Shown here piece by piece: positions 19,513-29,173 of a stretch of DNA of 64,000 bases (position 1 is its first letter; every line of letters starts with the position of its first letter). The stretch is from sequence record OP589283.1; one strand, 5' to 3'. The position numbers were made by a program, and so were the translations under genes. Under the pieces are notes generated by a model that saw only the letters and a list, made by a program, of their open reading frames with translations, searched no databases and was not told where the DNA came from.

Positions 19513-20034
19513 ATGTCAGTAACCGCGATTGTGGTAATGAACCACGAAAACAAATTAACAACCACGCAAAACCCACTTCTACGTGTTAAAGAAGTAGAAG
19601 AGATGTTGACGAAGTATGCAAAAGACGCCGTTGTATTTATTGACGAACGTCAGTTTGATTTACGTCGTGCGCTTTCAGACGGCGCCCGTGAATTATTTGC
19701 CGTAGTAGGTGAACAAAATAAACCCATTGTTGGGGTTGAAAACATTTTACCTAAGTCAGCAGAGTTGTTAATTAAACATTACTACAAAGCAAAAACAAGC
19801 GATGTTGTGCTTTTTATTTCTGCTTCTCAACTTGACAGAGTGAAAACTCACTTAGATCAAGTCGTGCTGGTTACTATTAATAACCCCAGTCGAGAATTAG
19901 AAACTATCAGTAAAGGGTTTACTGATGACCTTAAGTCTCGTGTGAACCGTAAAAAACTGTCCATGACGGAATGGTCTATCGCTCAATCAACAGAAGAGCA
20001 TAAACGTCGTTACTCTGTTAAAATCTATTCATAG
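19513..20034 (+). CDS. hypothetical protein, probable degenerate DHFR-fold paralogue
   Basis: ATG 19513 behind GGAG; aligns by eye with the upstream DHFR but lacks its catalytic and cofactor-binding motifs. Confidence 0.55.
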   Translation: MSVTAIVVMNHENKLTTTQNPLLRVKEVEEMLTKYAKDAVVFIDERQFDLRRALSDGARELFAVVGEQNKPIVGVENILPKSAELLIKHYYKAKTSDVVLFISASQLDRVKTHLDQVVLVTINNPSRELETISKGFTDDLKSRVNRKKLSMTEWSIAQSTEEHKRRYSVKIYS

Positions 20035-20041
20035 TAAATAA

Positions 20042-20078
20042 AAACGACTAAGCGGATGTAATGTCCGCTTAGTCGTTT
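20042..20078. terminator. 15-bp perfect hairpin
   Basis: AAACGACTAAGCGGA-N7-TCCGCTTAGTCGTTT. Confidence 0.65.
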
Positions 20079-20094
20079 ATTATAAGGAAACATT

Positions 20095-21585
20095 ATGTAC
20101 TTGCGTGAACCTCAATTTCATTTAAAGAATTCCAAACTCGCTGAAGTGTTTAACACCATTTTCAACGACCTTATTGTCGGGAGACAAGATGTTGAAACAT
20201 TGGAAACAGAATTGTATTCATATGACATTTATGTTAAGAATACCATTTTAACCGTGTTTATTTTCCGTGCTGAAATCGTTTCTCTCTTGGGTGAAAAAGA
20301 CGTAGAAGTATTAGGTTTCTGTTACCCACGAGAGTTGGAGCAAAAGATTATTGACGTGTCTGTCAATAAAAACTATCAGACGGTGTTTAAAGTACCTAAC
20401 GGGATTAAAGACCTAGAAACTGTTGAGGTTCGTAACCTTCGTTTACAATCCCCCGGGTTCTCAGAGTTGTATAGTCGTTTCTTTATTAACCCGCATTACT
20501 ACATTTTAAATGCGTATCCTGTACACTGCGATCCAAAACTTACTTTTGTTGAGCCTGCACCACTAACGCCTGAACAAGAAGTTGAAGCAGCAGCGTATGA
20601 CCGTTTTTGTTTACACGATTTGCCTAAGTTTGAAAAGGCAAAGACTTCATTGATTAAAGAAATGGGTGTCGCCTTTAGTCGTATTCCTGAAATGTATGGG
20701 CGTTTCCGATTAAAGCGGAAAGATCCACCAACAGACCTGGTTGCAACTTGTGGTGCTAAGCCTAATTTCAATGCTGATGATTACGAAGAACGTAAAGTCG
20801 ACCATGACTTGTACTTTACATTCCTAGGTGAAAAGATTGAAGAGGTAACGCCTAATCCTTTCACTGGTTATTATGATGTATTGAAACCGGCCTTTATTGC
20901 TATACCGCACTATATGGAAGAAACTGGAACCCGAGTTGTAACACCAGTACCTTTTGATAAAGTGGGTGTATCACCAAAGTCTATGCAGACTTATGTTGAA
21001 AAAGAATCTGATGAAGAAGATTTGCTGCTTATTGAAGAAGAAGATAAAGACAGCTTATTGTTTGTCGATATAGACTTGTTTGAAGTCATGGACCGCATTC
21101 AAACTGCGTTTGACCATGTCAATCAAATGATCACTACCTTTATCAAGAAATGGGGTTATCACCCTGAGTTGGTTTCAAAGACATTTGAAACCATTAACAT
21201 GTTCTCTTATGTAGCAAGTCAAAAACAAGACTTGTTATATTCTTTCAATAGCACCGAAATCTTGGAAGCTCACCTAAACAAAGTGTTAGGTCGAATTGAC
21301 GAGATGAAAGCTGAACAGGGTGTCCCTGATGCGGAATGGGGATTAGATTGCGATAGCTGGGTATTATGGGATTACACAAATCCAGACAATCCAGTAAAAG
21401 TCCCTGAATGGCATTTAGGTGAAGAGTTGGTAGACCACTATTCTGAACGTTATGTGGAATACTTCTCTGGGTACTCAAAAAGTACACCTCATAAAAGCTT
21501 ACGTCCCTATGTCACCACCACTGTAGTGCCGGAAGAGAAAATTGCTGAACATGCAATCGGTAGTGTTCGTCATACGTTCAATTAA
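20095..21585 (+). CDS. hypothetical protein (496 aa, acidic)
   Basis: AAGGA SD; long ORF with no recognised motif. Confidence 0.8.
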   Translation: MYLREPQFHLKNSKLAEVFNTIFNDLIVGRQDVETLETELYSYDIYVKNTILTVFIFRAEIVSLLGEKDVEVLGFCYPRELEQKIIDVSVNKNYQTVFKVPNGIKDLETVEVRNLRLQSPGFSELYSRFFINPHYYILNAYPVHCDPKLTFVEPAPLTPEQEVEAAAYDRFCLHDLPKFEKAKTSLIKEMGVAFSRIPEMYGRFRLKRKDPPTDLVATCGAKPNFNADDYEERKVDHDLYFTFLGEKIEEVTPNPFTGYYDVLKPAFIAIPHYMEETGTRVVTPVPFDKVGVSPKSMQTYVEKESDEEDLLLIEEEDKDSLLFVDIDLFEVMDRIQTAFDHVNQMITTFIKKWGYHPELVSKTFETINMFSYVASQKQDLLYSFNSTEILEAHLNKVLGRIDEMKAEQGVPDAEWGLDCDSWVLWDYTNPDNPVKVPEWHLGEELVDHYSERYVEYFSGYSKSTPHKSLRPYVTTTVVPEEKIAEHAIGSVRHTFN

Positions 21586-21604
21586 ATAACGTATTTATAA
21601 CCAT

Positions 21605-21640
21605 ATTAACCAGTAGCGGGATTTCCCGCTACTGGTTAAT
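21605..21640. terminator. 16-bp perfect hairpin between convergent genes
   Basis: ATTAACCAGTAGCGGG-ATTT-CCCGCTACTGGTTAAT. Confidence 0.7.
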
Positions 21641-21656
21641 TTATTATTGTTATTTT

Positions 21657-22289
21657 TTATGGCGTTGGATTTGCTATCTTTTGTTCTAATACTTTAATGT
21701 ACGCTTCTTGTTTGGCTACTTTCTCTTGTAATTCCCGAATGACTTTGACGTTAGTTTTGGCAGCCGTAATAGCGTTCTTGCGTGTATTCTCAAATACCTT
21801 TGCTTGACCTGCACTAATATATGCAGCAGTAGGGACCACACCAATATGAACAGTATTATTAACACCTACTCGTGCTAATACCAAATCTTGGATTTCTTGT
21901 TGTGTTTCTGCTAGTACGTTACGCAACTGAGGTGGGACCACCCCTAAGTCTACAATCATCGCCATATGCTCGTAACGAGTACCGTCTGCACTGGGAAAGC
22001 TTTCTAAATAAGAGCTGGGTAAATAGACATCTTTCTTACCTACTGCGGTAAGTACGATAACCACGCCCGCAGAATTATCCAATTCTGTTAGTACTGCTTC
22101 CGCATCTTCTTCTGTCATTTCAACAGGAACAAACACAGTTTGATATAGATTAACGTTAGCGCCACGTAATTCATCAACGGTGCGTAAAGCTTCAACGGTA
22201 AAACAAACTTCAGGGTCTACTACTTTGTCAAAGGGGGGCTTGGCTTTAAAACTCCCTTCTACATACATTCCGGGTATCATGTTACTCAT
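21657..22289 (-). CDS. putative virion structural protein
   Basis: 210-aa ORF; style typical of phiKZ-like structural proteins (inference). Confidence 0.65.
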   Translation of the reverse strand: MSNMIPGMYVEGSFKAKPPFDKVVDPEVCFTVEALRTVDELRGANVNLYQTVFVPVEMTEEDAEAVLTELDNSAGVVIVLTAVGKKDVYLPSSYLESFPSADGTRYEHMAMIVDLGVVPPQLRNVLAETQQEIQDLVLARVGVNNTVHIGVVPTAAYISAGQAKVFENTRKNAITAAKTNVKVIRELQEKVAKQEAYIKVLEQKIANPTP

Positions 22290-22323
22290 TGTCTTTTCTC
22301 ACGTTTGAAATCACTATATGATT

Positions 22324-22355
22324 TAAAGGCTACCGCATCATTGCGGTAGCCTTTA
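22324..22355. terminator. 14-bp perfect hairpin
   Basis: TAAAGGCTACCGCA-TCAT-TGCGGTAGCCTTTA. Confidence 0.6.
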
Positions 22356-22357
22356 TG

Positions 22358-23707
22358 TTACTCTTCAGTAATTAAACCATCTTGAATAAGTTGATGACGA
22401 ACCAACATTACAATGCGAGTTACCCCCACTGTTTTACTAACGTAAGTGCTACCATTTCGTACGATACGACTCACACCAATAGGAACTGAGCTAGTAGGTG
22501 TAACTACCCAAGCAGCCTCCAGTAACAACTCAATAGTGTTAATGAAATCACGAGTGACTGGTTCCATCATTCCAAAGTCACTATCTAGACTAGGAATTAA
22601 CTGATAATCGGTGTACACATCTGCGAGATTTTTATAACCGGGACGGTTAGTTGGTTTACCCACAAAGGCAATGTTAGCACTTTTGTACATAAAAGGAACA
22701 TACACAAGGGATTCTATGATATGTTCTTCAGTGGTGTACGGTTTAGCATAACGATCAACCAAGATACGACGCACATCTTCTCTCACCATGGGAGAAAGTG
22801 TACTTGTTTCGTTAGTTAAATTCGTGATACCTTTTCGAGTATAATCAGGATACGCTAAATACTCTACCGGGTTAAACAGGTCTGGGATTTTCTCTTCCCA
22901 ATCTGCCAGTGGGTATTTAGACGTGGCAAGAATTTCTTCTCTAATTTTTTCAAATAACGCATCTTCAGAATCAAGGTCGTTTCCCCAACTGATGTACCGC
23001 CAGTAACCCAATACAGACGTTTCGTTTACGTCGTCCATGATTTCAAATGGACGTACACCACGAGCAGTATATGGGTAGGCGTTATTGTTAGTCAACTCAT
23101 CCGTACGTTTTTGGATGACGTCTGGGGTTTCTTCATCAAAGCGTGCTTTGATTTGTTGGTAGTTCATTTCCATTAAACTATCGATTTCAGCCAAAGGGAT
23201 AGGGTGAATGATAGTAAAAATAATGTTGGGATATTGACGACGGAAATATTCGTCAGCAAACCATAAATAGAACTCGTGACGAACAGGTTGACCATCCACC
23301 GTTTCAATATGGTTACCATGTACCATACTGGGTAAGTAGATAGTAGAATCTGTTACCATATCACCTACTGCTAAAAATTCAATGTCAACAGTGAATTGGG
23401 TTTTTAGCATTGCGAGACAGCTTGCTTCATTGTCATTTAAATTGCCTTTCTTAGCCTGGTCATATAACCAATCTGAGATTGCAATTTGACGTTGAGCGAT
23501 GGCTGTTGGCATGACGATGTCAGCAGTCCCATTTGAGCTATAGAAGTTAAACAAAATCGTGGGTGAGTCTGTTACTGCTCCAAATACAGCCGGGTCTTTA
23601 CAATACGTCCTGGCTTTGTTAGAAAGTTCTCCAATCGGAGAAACAGTGATAGCACTGTTATTATGTAATTTGGCAATACTGCCAAATGAGAGAAACGTAT
23701 TGCTCAT
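22358..23707 (-). CDS. putative virion structural protein (449 aa)
   Basis: Long ORF next to the previous structural-type gene; no enzyme motif. Confidence 0.7.
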   Translation of the reverse strand: MSNTFLSFGSIAKLHNNSAITVSPIGELSNKARTYCKDPAVFGAVTDSPTILFNFYSSNGTADIVMPTAIAQRQIAISDWLYDQAKKGNLNDNEASCLAMLKTQFTVDIEFLAVGDMVTDSTIYLPSMVHGNHIETVDGQPVRHEFYLWFADEYFRRQYPNIIFTIIHPIPLAEIDSLMEMNYQQIKARFDEETPDVIQKRTDELTNNNAYPYTARGVRPFEIMDDVNETSVLGYWRYISWGNDLDSEDALFEKIREEILATSKYPLADWEEKIPDLFNPVEYLAYPDYTRKGITNLTNETSTLSPMVREDVRRILVDRYAKPYTTEEHIIESLVYVPFMYKSANIAFVGKPTNRPGYKNLADVYTDYQLIPSLDSDFGMMEPVTRDFINTIELLLEAAWVVTPTSSVPIGVSRIVRNGSTYVSKTVGVTRIVMLVRHQLIQDGLITEE

Positions 23708-23737
23708 ATTCAGTACCTAATATGTGGGAATTAAGAG

Positions 23738-24280
23738 ATGGTCAATGTCATAATGGAATTAATTGATAGGTTCATAGAATTTATCTTGCAAAGGTTGCCG
23801 GACGATGCACCCGAAACAGAAAAACACCGTTATGTCATGCGTATGATGGTTATTTCTTTTTCTGTGCTATTTTGGGGGTTAATTGCAATTACCGCAGCTA
23901 ACATCGATTTAAAAAGAGATAACTATGCATTAAATAAAACAGTAGGTAAAGTTAACAAATTGTTAGACGTTAACGATACGACTAACCCGCTTAACGCGTT
24001 GTTGATTCTTAATAAAGAAACGTTAGTTAAGTTGCAGGGTGTTAATCACGAGAATATCGAATTAACGAAAATGGTACTACAGTTACAAACACAGTTGTCT
24101 GTATGTCAGGAAGGGTTAGTTATACTGGATGATAAAATTAAAGAGGAGCAAGATAATCCTCTCGATAATAGAAGTCCACCTAAACCAACCCAGGCTATCA
24201 TTAATCGTCCCATAAATGGAATTAAAGAAGACGAAAAGTTAATTGACGAAGCAACTTACCCTAATGAGTTAAGAAAATAA
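23738..24280 (+). CDS. membrane-anchored coiled-coil protein
   Basis: One TM helix (MMVISFSVLFWGLIAITAA) followed by heptad-rich sequence. Confidence 0.65.
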   Translation: MVNVIMELIDRFIEFILQRLPDDAPETEKHRYVMRMMVISFSVLFWGLIAITAANIDLKRDNYALNKTVGKVNKLLDVNDTTNPLNALLILNKETLVKLQGVNHENIELTKMVLQLQTQLSVCQEGLVILDDKIKEEQDNPLDNRSPPKPTQAIINRPINGIKEDEKLIDEATYPNELRK

Positions 24281-24282
24281 AC

Positions 24283-24318
24283 TAACTAGCGAAGAGGCAT
24301 TGGCTTCTTCGCTAGTTA
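24283..24318. terminator. 13-bp hairpin
   Basis: TAACTAGCGAAGA-N10-TCTTCGCTAGTTA. Confidence 0.55.
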
Positions 24319-24365
24319 AAATATACGATCAAGTATATGTAATAGTGATTTTTGGAGAAAACCTC

Positions 24366-25853
24366 ATGTCAGAAGAAACCCTTATTGTCCAGAAACAAGG
24401 ACTGATTGTTTATCTTAAAGATGGTGGATTTGAACACGCTAAACAATCTCATTGGTTTAGTGGAGTTCATGGTTATTTTTACAACGATGACAAAGAAGGT
24501 AAAAAGAAACTAGCGAAGAACGTTCCTACCGTGAATGGGTATTATACAGGCAATGCTAATATGAGCAATAGCGTGGTTGCTATTGAACGTTATTTGTCCG
24601 GGTATACCGTAGGGTATAAAAATGCATTTGATAACGCAGAGAGCGTTTTAGGTGCCTTATTAAAGACAATAGAATCACTTGCATTGAGTTCTTTATATTT
24701 AATCGTTGATAGTGCTTTTATTGTCGGGTTTTTATCACAACCGATTAAAAATATTGAAAAGAATTTAAAATTAGCACGGCACGAGATTACCCCTGAGCAA
24801 CTGGAACGATTAAAGGCATTCCGTGAAACATTCGAAGAACTAGGTAACAGCATCACAGTAACGGTAGATGCAAATAGTGCAGTAGAAGGTGGGTTGGGTA
24901 ATCGTACAGTTAATAAGCAAGTTAAGCTCGCTGAAGCGTTTACCAGAGGGTCTAAGAAAACCTTAAAGCTAATTACATTGATAGAAAAGAAAGCCTTTGA
25001 AAATCCAGAGGTGGACTTTAACAAAATTGTGTGTGGTAATCGTTGGTATATTAACACAGGTAAAGATACGACGCATTACGAAGTTATAGAGGGGTATCGT
25101 TATTATTCCTTTGGTACTGTAGAACCTAAGAAAAAGTATTACGGTAAACTCACCCCCGATGTAACCTTTTCACGACTGTATACAAAAGAACCCATGGTTG
25201 CGTTGGATAAACTATTTAACTACATGCAGGAGCAGATTCCTAATAAAGAGGGTTACCTCAGTGCGGGGAACATTGATTTAATTAAAAGTCGAGACCTGAC
25301 CTTTTTGATTGACAGTATTCCGGGGATTCCTCACGGTAATAATCTGGTAATGCCTCATCGTGTTGGTGCGGTAGACGAACCTGTTTTAATTGAGTTAATT
25401 AACCCCCCAATGATGTCTTACGTTATTAAAGAACGTTTGGAAGTATTGGACAACGCATTAACGTTTTTCTTACATCCTGATAAGCGCCCTGATAATTTGA
25501 CGTATATTGACATCACAGACCGTATTTACGATAAGGTTCCTAATAAGAAAGGAGATGTTAAAGTTTCACTGGTTAAGGAACTTACCCCTACTACTGACTT
25601 TATTAAAGTCGACGCAGAACACCGCAATGCTAAAAAGCCTGTTCCGTTAATCGTGTCTTTCCGATACGACCTTCCTGAACGTAACGGGTTAAACAGTGTG
25701 GACAACCCAGATGTTAAAGTCTGGTTGGTGGTAGACACGCGTTTACATAAAGGGTTGAGTTTTTACACCATTGTTGAAACACCCGATTGGATTTATATTA
25801 ACACTAATGCGGTAGGTAACCTTCGTATACTGAGTGAAAAAGAATTGAAATAA
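24366..25853 (+). CDS. RNase H-fold protein with large C-terminal domain (phiKZ-like core RNase H family)
   Basis: ATG 24366 behind GGAG; YLKDGG, DNAESVLGALLKTIE, YLIVDSAFIV and GNRTVNKQVKLA line up with the four RNase HI segments. Confidence 0.6.
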   Translation: MSEETLIVQKQGLIVYLKDGGFEHAKQSHWFSGVHGYFYNDDKEGKKKLAKNVPTVNGYYTGNANMSNSVVAIERYLSGYTVGYKNAFDNAESVLGALLKTIESLALSSLYLIVDSAFIVGFLSQPIKNIEKNLKLARHEITPEQLERLKAFRETFEELGNSITVTVDANSAVEGGLGNRTVNKQVKLAEAFTRGSKKTLKLITLIEKKAFENPEVDFNKIVCGNRWYINTGKDTTHYEVIEGYRYYSFGTVEPKKKYYGKLTPDVTFSRLYTKEPMVALDKLFNYMQEQIPNKEGYLSAGNIDLIKSRDLTFLIDSIPGIPHGNNLVMPHRVGAVDEPVLIELINPPMMSYVIKERLEVLDNALTFFLHPDKRPDNLTYIDITDRIYDKVPNKKGDVKVSLVKELTPTTDFIKVDAEHRNAKKPVPLIVSFRYDLPERNGLNSVDNPDVKVWLVVDTRLHKGLSFYTIVETPDWIYINTNAVGNLRILSEKELK

Positions 25854-25868
25854 TTCACTTATGTTTCA

Positions 25869-25942
25869 TTTAAAGTCTATATCACTTAAGTGAATAAATC
25901 AAACAATGTTGTTTGATACTTACTTAAGGAATTCGATTATGA
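25869..25942 (+). repeat. 74-bp exact direct repeat, copy 1 (promoter, hairpin, RBS and ATG)
   Basis: Identical to 63927..64000. Confidence 0.95.
25877..25893 (+). promoter_or_regulatory. putative early promoter CTATATCACTTAAGTGA
   Basis: CTAYAT-N7-GTGA motif containing the perfect palindrome TCACTTAAGTGA. Confidence 0.65.
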
Positions 25943-26277
25943 CTTTATTTGAACTTGTTAAAAAGGCGATTCAAAATACTTCTTCAAGAAAAGATGTATT
26001 ACATTTACCCGCCATCGAGTTTAAAAGAATCGATTTATCAAGTAATAACCCAGGTTACATTGAAAAGTTGATTATTGAACACATAAACAACTTTGCAGTA
26101 GACCCACGGCACGAACTTGATTTTCGTTTGCATCATTGCGAAATTAATTACAACATTAATGACGCACGTATCGTTAAAGAAGGTTTAAGACGGTTAATTA
26201 AAAGTAAGTACGCTTATAGCTGTACTGAATCAATTACCATTACTAAACCAAACTCAGTAGATGTAACAAAACTATAA
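25939..26277 (+). CDS. hypothetical early protein
   Basis: ATG 25939 behind AAGGA SD; track start 25906 lies inside the leader hairpin. Confidence 0.7.
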   Translation: MTLFELVKKAIQNTSSRKDVLHLPAIEFKRIDLSSNNPGYIEKLIIEHINNFAVDPRHELDFRLHHCEINYNINDARIVKEGLRRLIKSKYAYSCTESITITKPNSVDVTKL

Positions 26278-26282
26278 AGCAT

Positions 26283-26316
26283 AACTACCAGCGTCCTTAA
26301 TTGGACGCTGGTAGTT
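26283..26316. terminator. 14-bp perfect hairpin between convergent genes
   Basis: AACTACCAGCGTCC-TTAATT-GGACGCTGGTAGTT. Confidence 0.7.
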
Positions 26317-26336
26317 AGTTTATCTTTATTTTTTTT

Positions 26337-27146
26337 TTATGCTAAATCTCTTAGCATTTGGCGGGTATCATCCATCACGGCTGACATTTCATTTAACAAT
26401 ACGAGCATAGCGCCTGTCACGTTAGTTAAGTGAGCAAATGTTTTGAACATGCTTTCCAGCCCACGGATTTCATCTTCATTGGTAGGGATATCACCAATTC
26501 TTAATTTCTCGGCGATTAAGCTGGAGATATCATAAACCCGTTTAAGCTCATTGTTCAACATTTCAGCGTCACGCGATTTAAAGTTACTGACGATTTGGTT
26601 ATACTTATTAACCACATCGATCATTTCATTTGTATTACCGTAGACTTCCTTCAATTTGTAAGAACCACGGTTTTGCTTTAATCCTCTCATGAAGACTTCA
26701 GCACGTTGAATAACTTTATCGGTATCGGTAACCACCCATTTAAACGCAATAGGAGCAACACCTGATGCAGCAAACTTTTTCATGCGGCTGTACATGGTGG
26801 ACGCTTCGGTATTAAGAATATCCATCAGTACGGCGGTGTCAGCTAATGCCTTTACGTAGTTAACCATCCACTGAGGAGATTTAACAAAATATTCTGGTGT
26901 TGGACAGAAAACGGAGCCGTGTTTATAGAACGCAGATGCATCATGTACCATTACACTCAGTTCAGCAGACATATCAACTTTGTGAATATTGAACGTGAAC
27001 TTGGAATAAATTTTTTGAATGAACGAGTAAATGTCAGTTAACCACATTTTGACATGCTCAGGGAAAGAGAGCTTCTCCTCACCCGTGACATATTCGAATA
27101 CAGGAAATTTATTATCCTGTAGGTATGTATCTAAGATATTTTTCAT
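26337..27146 (-). CDS. hypothetical alpha-helical protein, possibly an internal head protein
   Basis: 269-aa ORF with predicted helical character; function is inference only. Confidence 0.65.
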   Translation of the reverse strand: MKNILDTYLQDNKFPVFEYVTGEEKLSFPEHVKMWLTDIYSFIQKIYSKFTFNIHKVDMSAELSVMVHDASAFYKHGSVFCPTPEYFVKSPQWMVNYVKALADTAVLMDILNTEASTMYSRMKKFAASGVAPIAFKWVVTDTDKVIQRAEVFMRGLKQNRGSYKLKEVYGNTNEMIDVVNKYNQIVSNFKSRDAEMLNNELKRVYDISSLIAEKLRIGDIPTNEDEIRGLESMFKTFAHLTNVTGAMLVLLNEMSAVMDDTRQMLRDLA

Positions 27147-27299
27147 GATCGGCCTTTACGTCTGGGAAATTGAATGGGAGACATAGTATTTTTATTCTAT
27201 ACTTTTGAAGCGTTTAATAATACGAATATCCCATTGTTATAGTCAACAGCGTCTTCTCAATTCACATAACAAATTATCGTTAACATTTAAGGTGCGAAC

Positions 27300-28727
27300 A
27301 TGAACCCCTTTTCTTTTTTAGCAAAGTTAAAATCACACGATACAATCACACCGATGTTTAACTTTTCCCCTTTATTTGATTGCTTATCCGGATATTACGC
27401 AAAAGGTGTCGACGACGTCTATTACCTAAATGGTGGGTTAACCCCTAACAACGCTATTACTGGTGGTAATAACACTCAGAAAACGGGTGTCTGTGTTTTA
27501 GCGATGGCGAGAATGTTAATTTATTGGCCATCCAGTGTGGTTATTTTCTTTGACGTTGAAAGTACATTTGATGTGACACGTCTCGCTAAAATGATAGACC
27601 GTGAGATTGGCATACCTGGATACTTTGATGAACATATCTTAGATAAACGTTTCTTCTATTACACTCGTTCTAAAGGTATGGACGGAACTTTCATCCATAA
27701 CTTTGTAAAAGATTACGCCCTCAAAGTACAAGACGCTATTAAAAACAAAGAAGACGTGTATCTAACTTTGCCGTTTCCGGATAACGACGGTAATCCCATC
27801 AAGGTAATAAGTCAGACCACACTGGTTGTTGACAGTATTAGCGAAATGGATTTCATTAAAGTCAGCGAACACTTCCAAGAAGGGGACGTGGATTCCGGCG
27901 GTGAGAAACGAACACGTGACATGCAGTTAGGTAACATGCGCCGTGTTGTTTATGAAGACCTTGATGTTATTGGTGGAAAATCAGGATTCGTACAGCTCTG
28001 GACAGCGCAGGTTGTTGATATTATCAACATGACAGGTCAACCTTTAGAAAAACAATCTGTCTTCATTAGACAGGGTAAGAAATTAAAGGCACCTAAAGCG
28101 TTGTTACAACGTCCTCCTTTGGGTATTGAAATCTTTCGAGGTGGCCCATTAAAGAACGGCCAAGAGTGGATGTACCCCAACCCATTTGGTAAAGACGTGG
28201 TAATCACGAGTGACGCTAAGGAAGCACCAGACTTAATTCAATACAGTTCTGGTACTTACCGTTGTAAGAGCGGACCTTCTGGTTTCATCTTATCGTTTAT
28301 CGGTAGTCAATCACTGGGTATCCAAGAAGAACTCAGTATGTACGATACACTAAAGAAAAACGATTACTATGGGTTGGATGGAAGCAAACAATCACATGCT
28401 TGTACGTTCTATCCTGAATGCAAGGTTAGCCGCACGACAGTGTGGGGTAAAACCATGGAAGACCCACGGTTATGCACTGCATTGACTTTACAATATCACT
28501 TATTGGTATTAACTACAACAAATCTTGAGCTAGATAAAAAATATCGATTGTCGCCCAAAGAGGTGTATGATTTAGTTATTGAACAAGGGTATGATTTCAA
28601 CGAGTTCCTCGACACGGTTTATTTTTATCATGGTAATCCTGATATTAAGAAACCAACACTAACGATTATGGAACTTCTCTGTATTGCGGTAGATAAAAAG
28701 AAACCCTACTGGCACAAGAAAAAATAA
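27300..28727 (+). CDS. uvsX: UvsX/RecA-like recombinase
   Basis: Walker A-like ITGGNNTQKTG, IFFDVEST, Walker B LVVDSISEM and LWTAQV. Confidence 0.8.
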   Translation: MNPFSFLAKLKSHDTITPMFNFSPLFDCLSGYYAKGVDDVYYLNGGLTPNNAITGGNNTQKTGVCVLAMARMLIYWPSSVVIFFDVESTFDVTRLAKMIDREIGIPGYFDEHILDKRFFYYTRSKGMDGTFIHNFVKDYALKVQDAIKNKEDVYLTLPFPDNDGNPIKVISQTTLVVDSISEMDFIKVSEHFQEGDVDSGGEKRTRDMQLGNMRRVVYEDLDVIGGKSGFVQLWTAQVVDIINMTGQPLEKQSVFIRQGKKLKAPKALLQRPPLGIEIFRGGPLKNGQEWMYPNPFGKDVVITSDAKEAPDLIQYSSGTYRCKSGPSGFILSFIGSQSLGIQEELSMYDTLKKNDYYGLDGSKQSHACTFYPECKVSRTTVWGKTMEDPRLCTALTLQYHLLVLTTTNLELDKKYRLSPKEVYDLVIEQGYDFNEFLDTVYFYHGNPDIKKPTLTIMELLCIAVDKKKPYWHKKK

Positions 28728-28766
28728 AAGCACTTATAAGGGGGGAACATCCCCCTTTCTTATGGG

Positions 28767-29162
28767 ATGAAAATAATGGAAGATTTGGACTTTCTTAATA
28801 CTAAACCAGCGCCTTTATCAGTCCTGCTTCTTGCAGATAAATCATTTATGCGTCGTTGTTTAAACCCAGATGAATATTTGGTTAAACTCAAACAATACTT
28901 TGTAACGAATAAAGGAGAGGATGTTTGTTTATATACTCCTTCTTCTATGTACAACCTTTCTTTTGATGGTGTGAAGTTTGTTGATTTCGAATGCCAAAAT
29001 AAAACGTCATTTGTTTATTCCTTGGAAAACACCATCAACATGTACGATGAATGTTACATTATCAGTCAACAGGATACATCTGACCCTTACTTAGATGGTG
29101 CCCGTGAAATCATGACAGCACACAACAAATCTATTACTGGGTTAGGGTACAAATTGAAATAA
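28767..29162 (+). CDS. hypothetical protein
   Basis: 131-aa ORF in the operon after uvsX. Confidence 0.65.
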   Translation: MKIMEDLDFLNTKPAPLSVLLLADKSFMRRCLNPDEYLVKLKQYFVTNKGEDVCLYTPSSMYNLSFDGVKFVDFECQNKTSFVYSLENTINMYDECYIISQQDTSDPYLDGAREIMTAHNKSITGLGYKLK

Positions 29163-29173
29163 GGAATACCCTT

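Noticed and set aside
23738-24280. Nested o-spanin lipoprotein in the TM coiled-coil gene
   Set aside because: No alternative-frame ORF with a signal peptide and lipobox Cys was found.
27147-27299. Possible structured RNA in the uvsX leader (ATGGGA/TCCCAT and AATTGA/TCAATT complementarity)
   Set aside because: Pairings are short and interrupted; not distinguishable from chance in AT-rich sequence.
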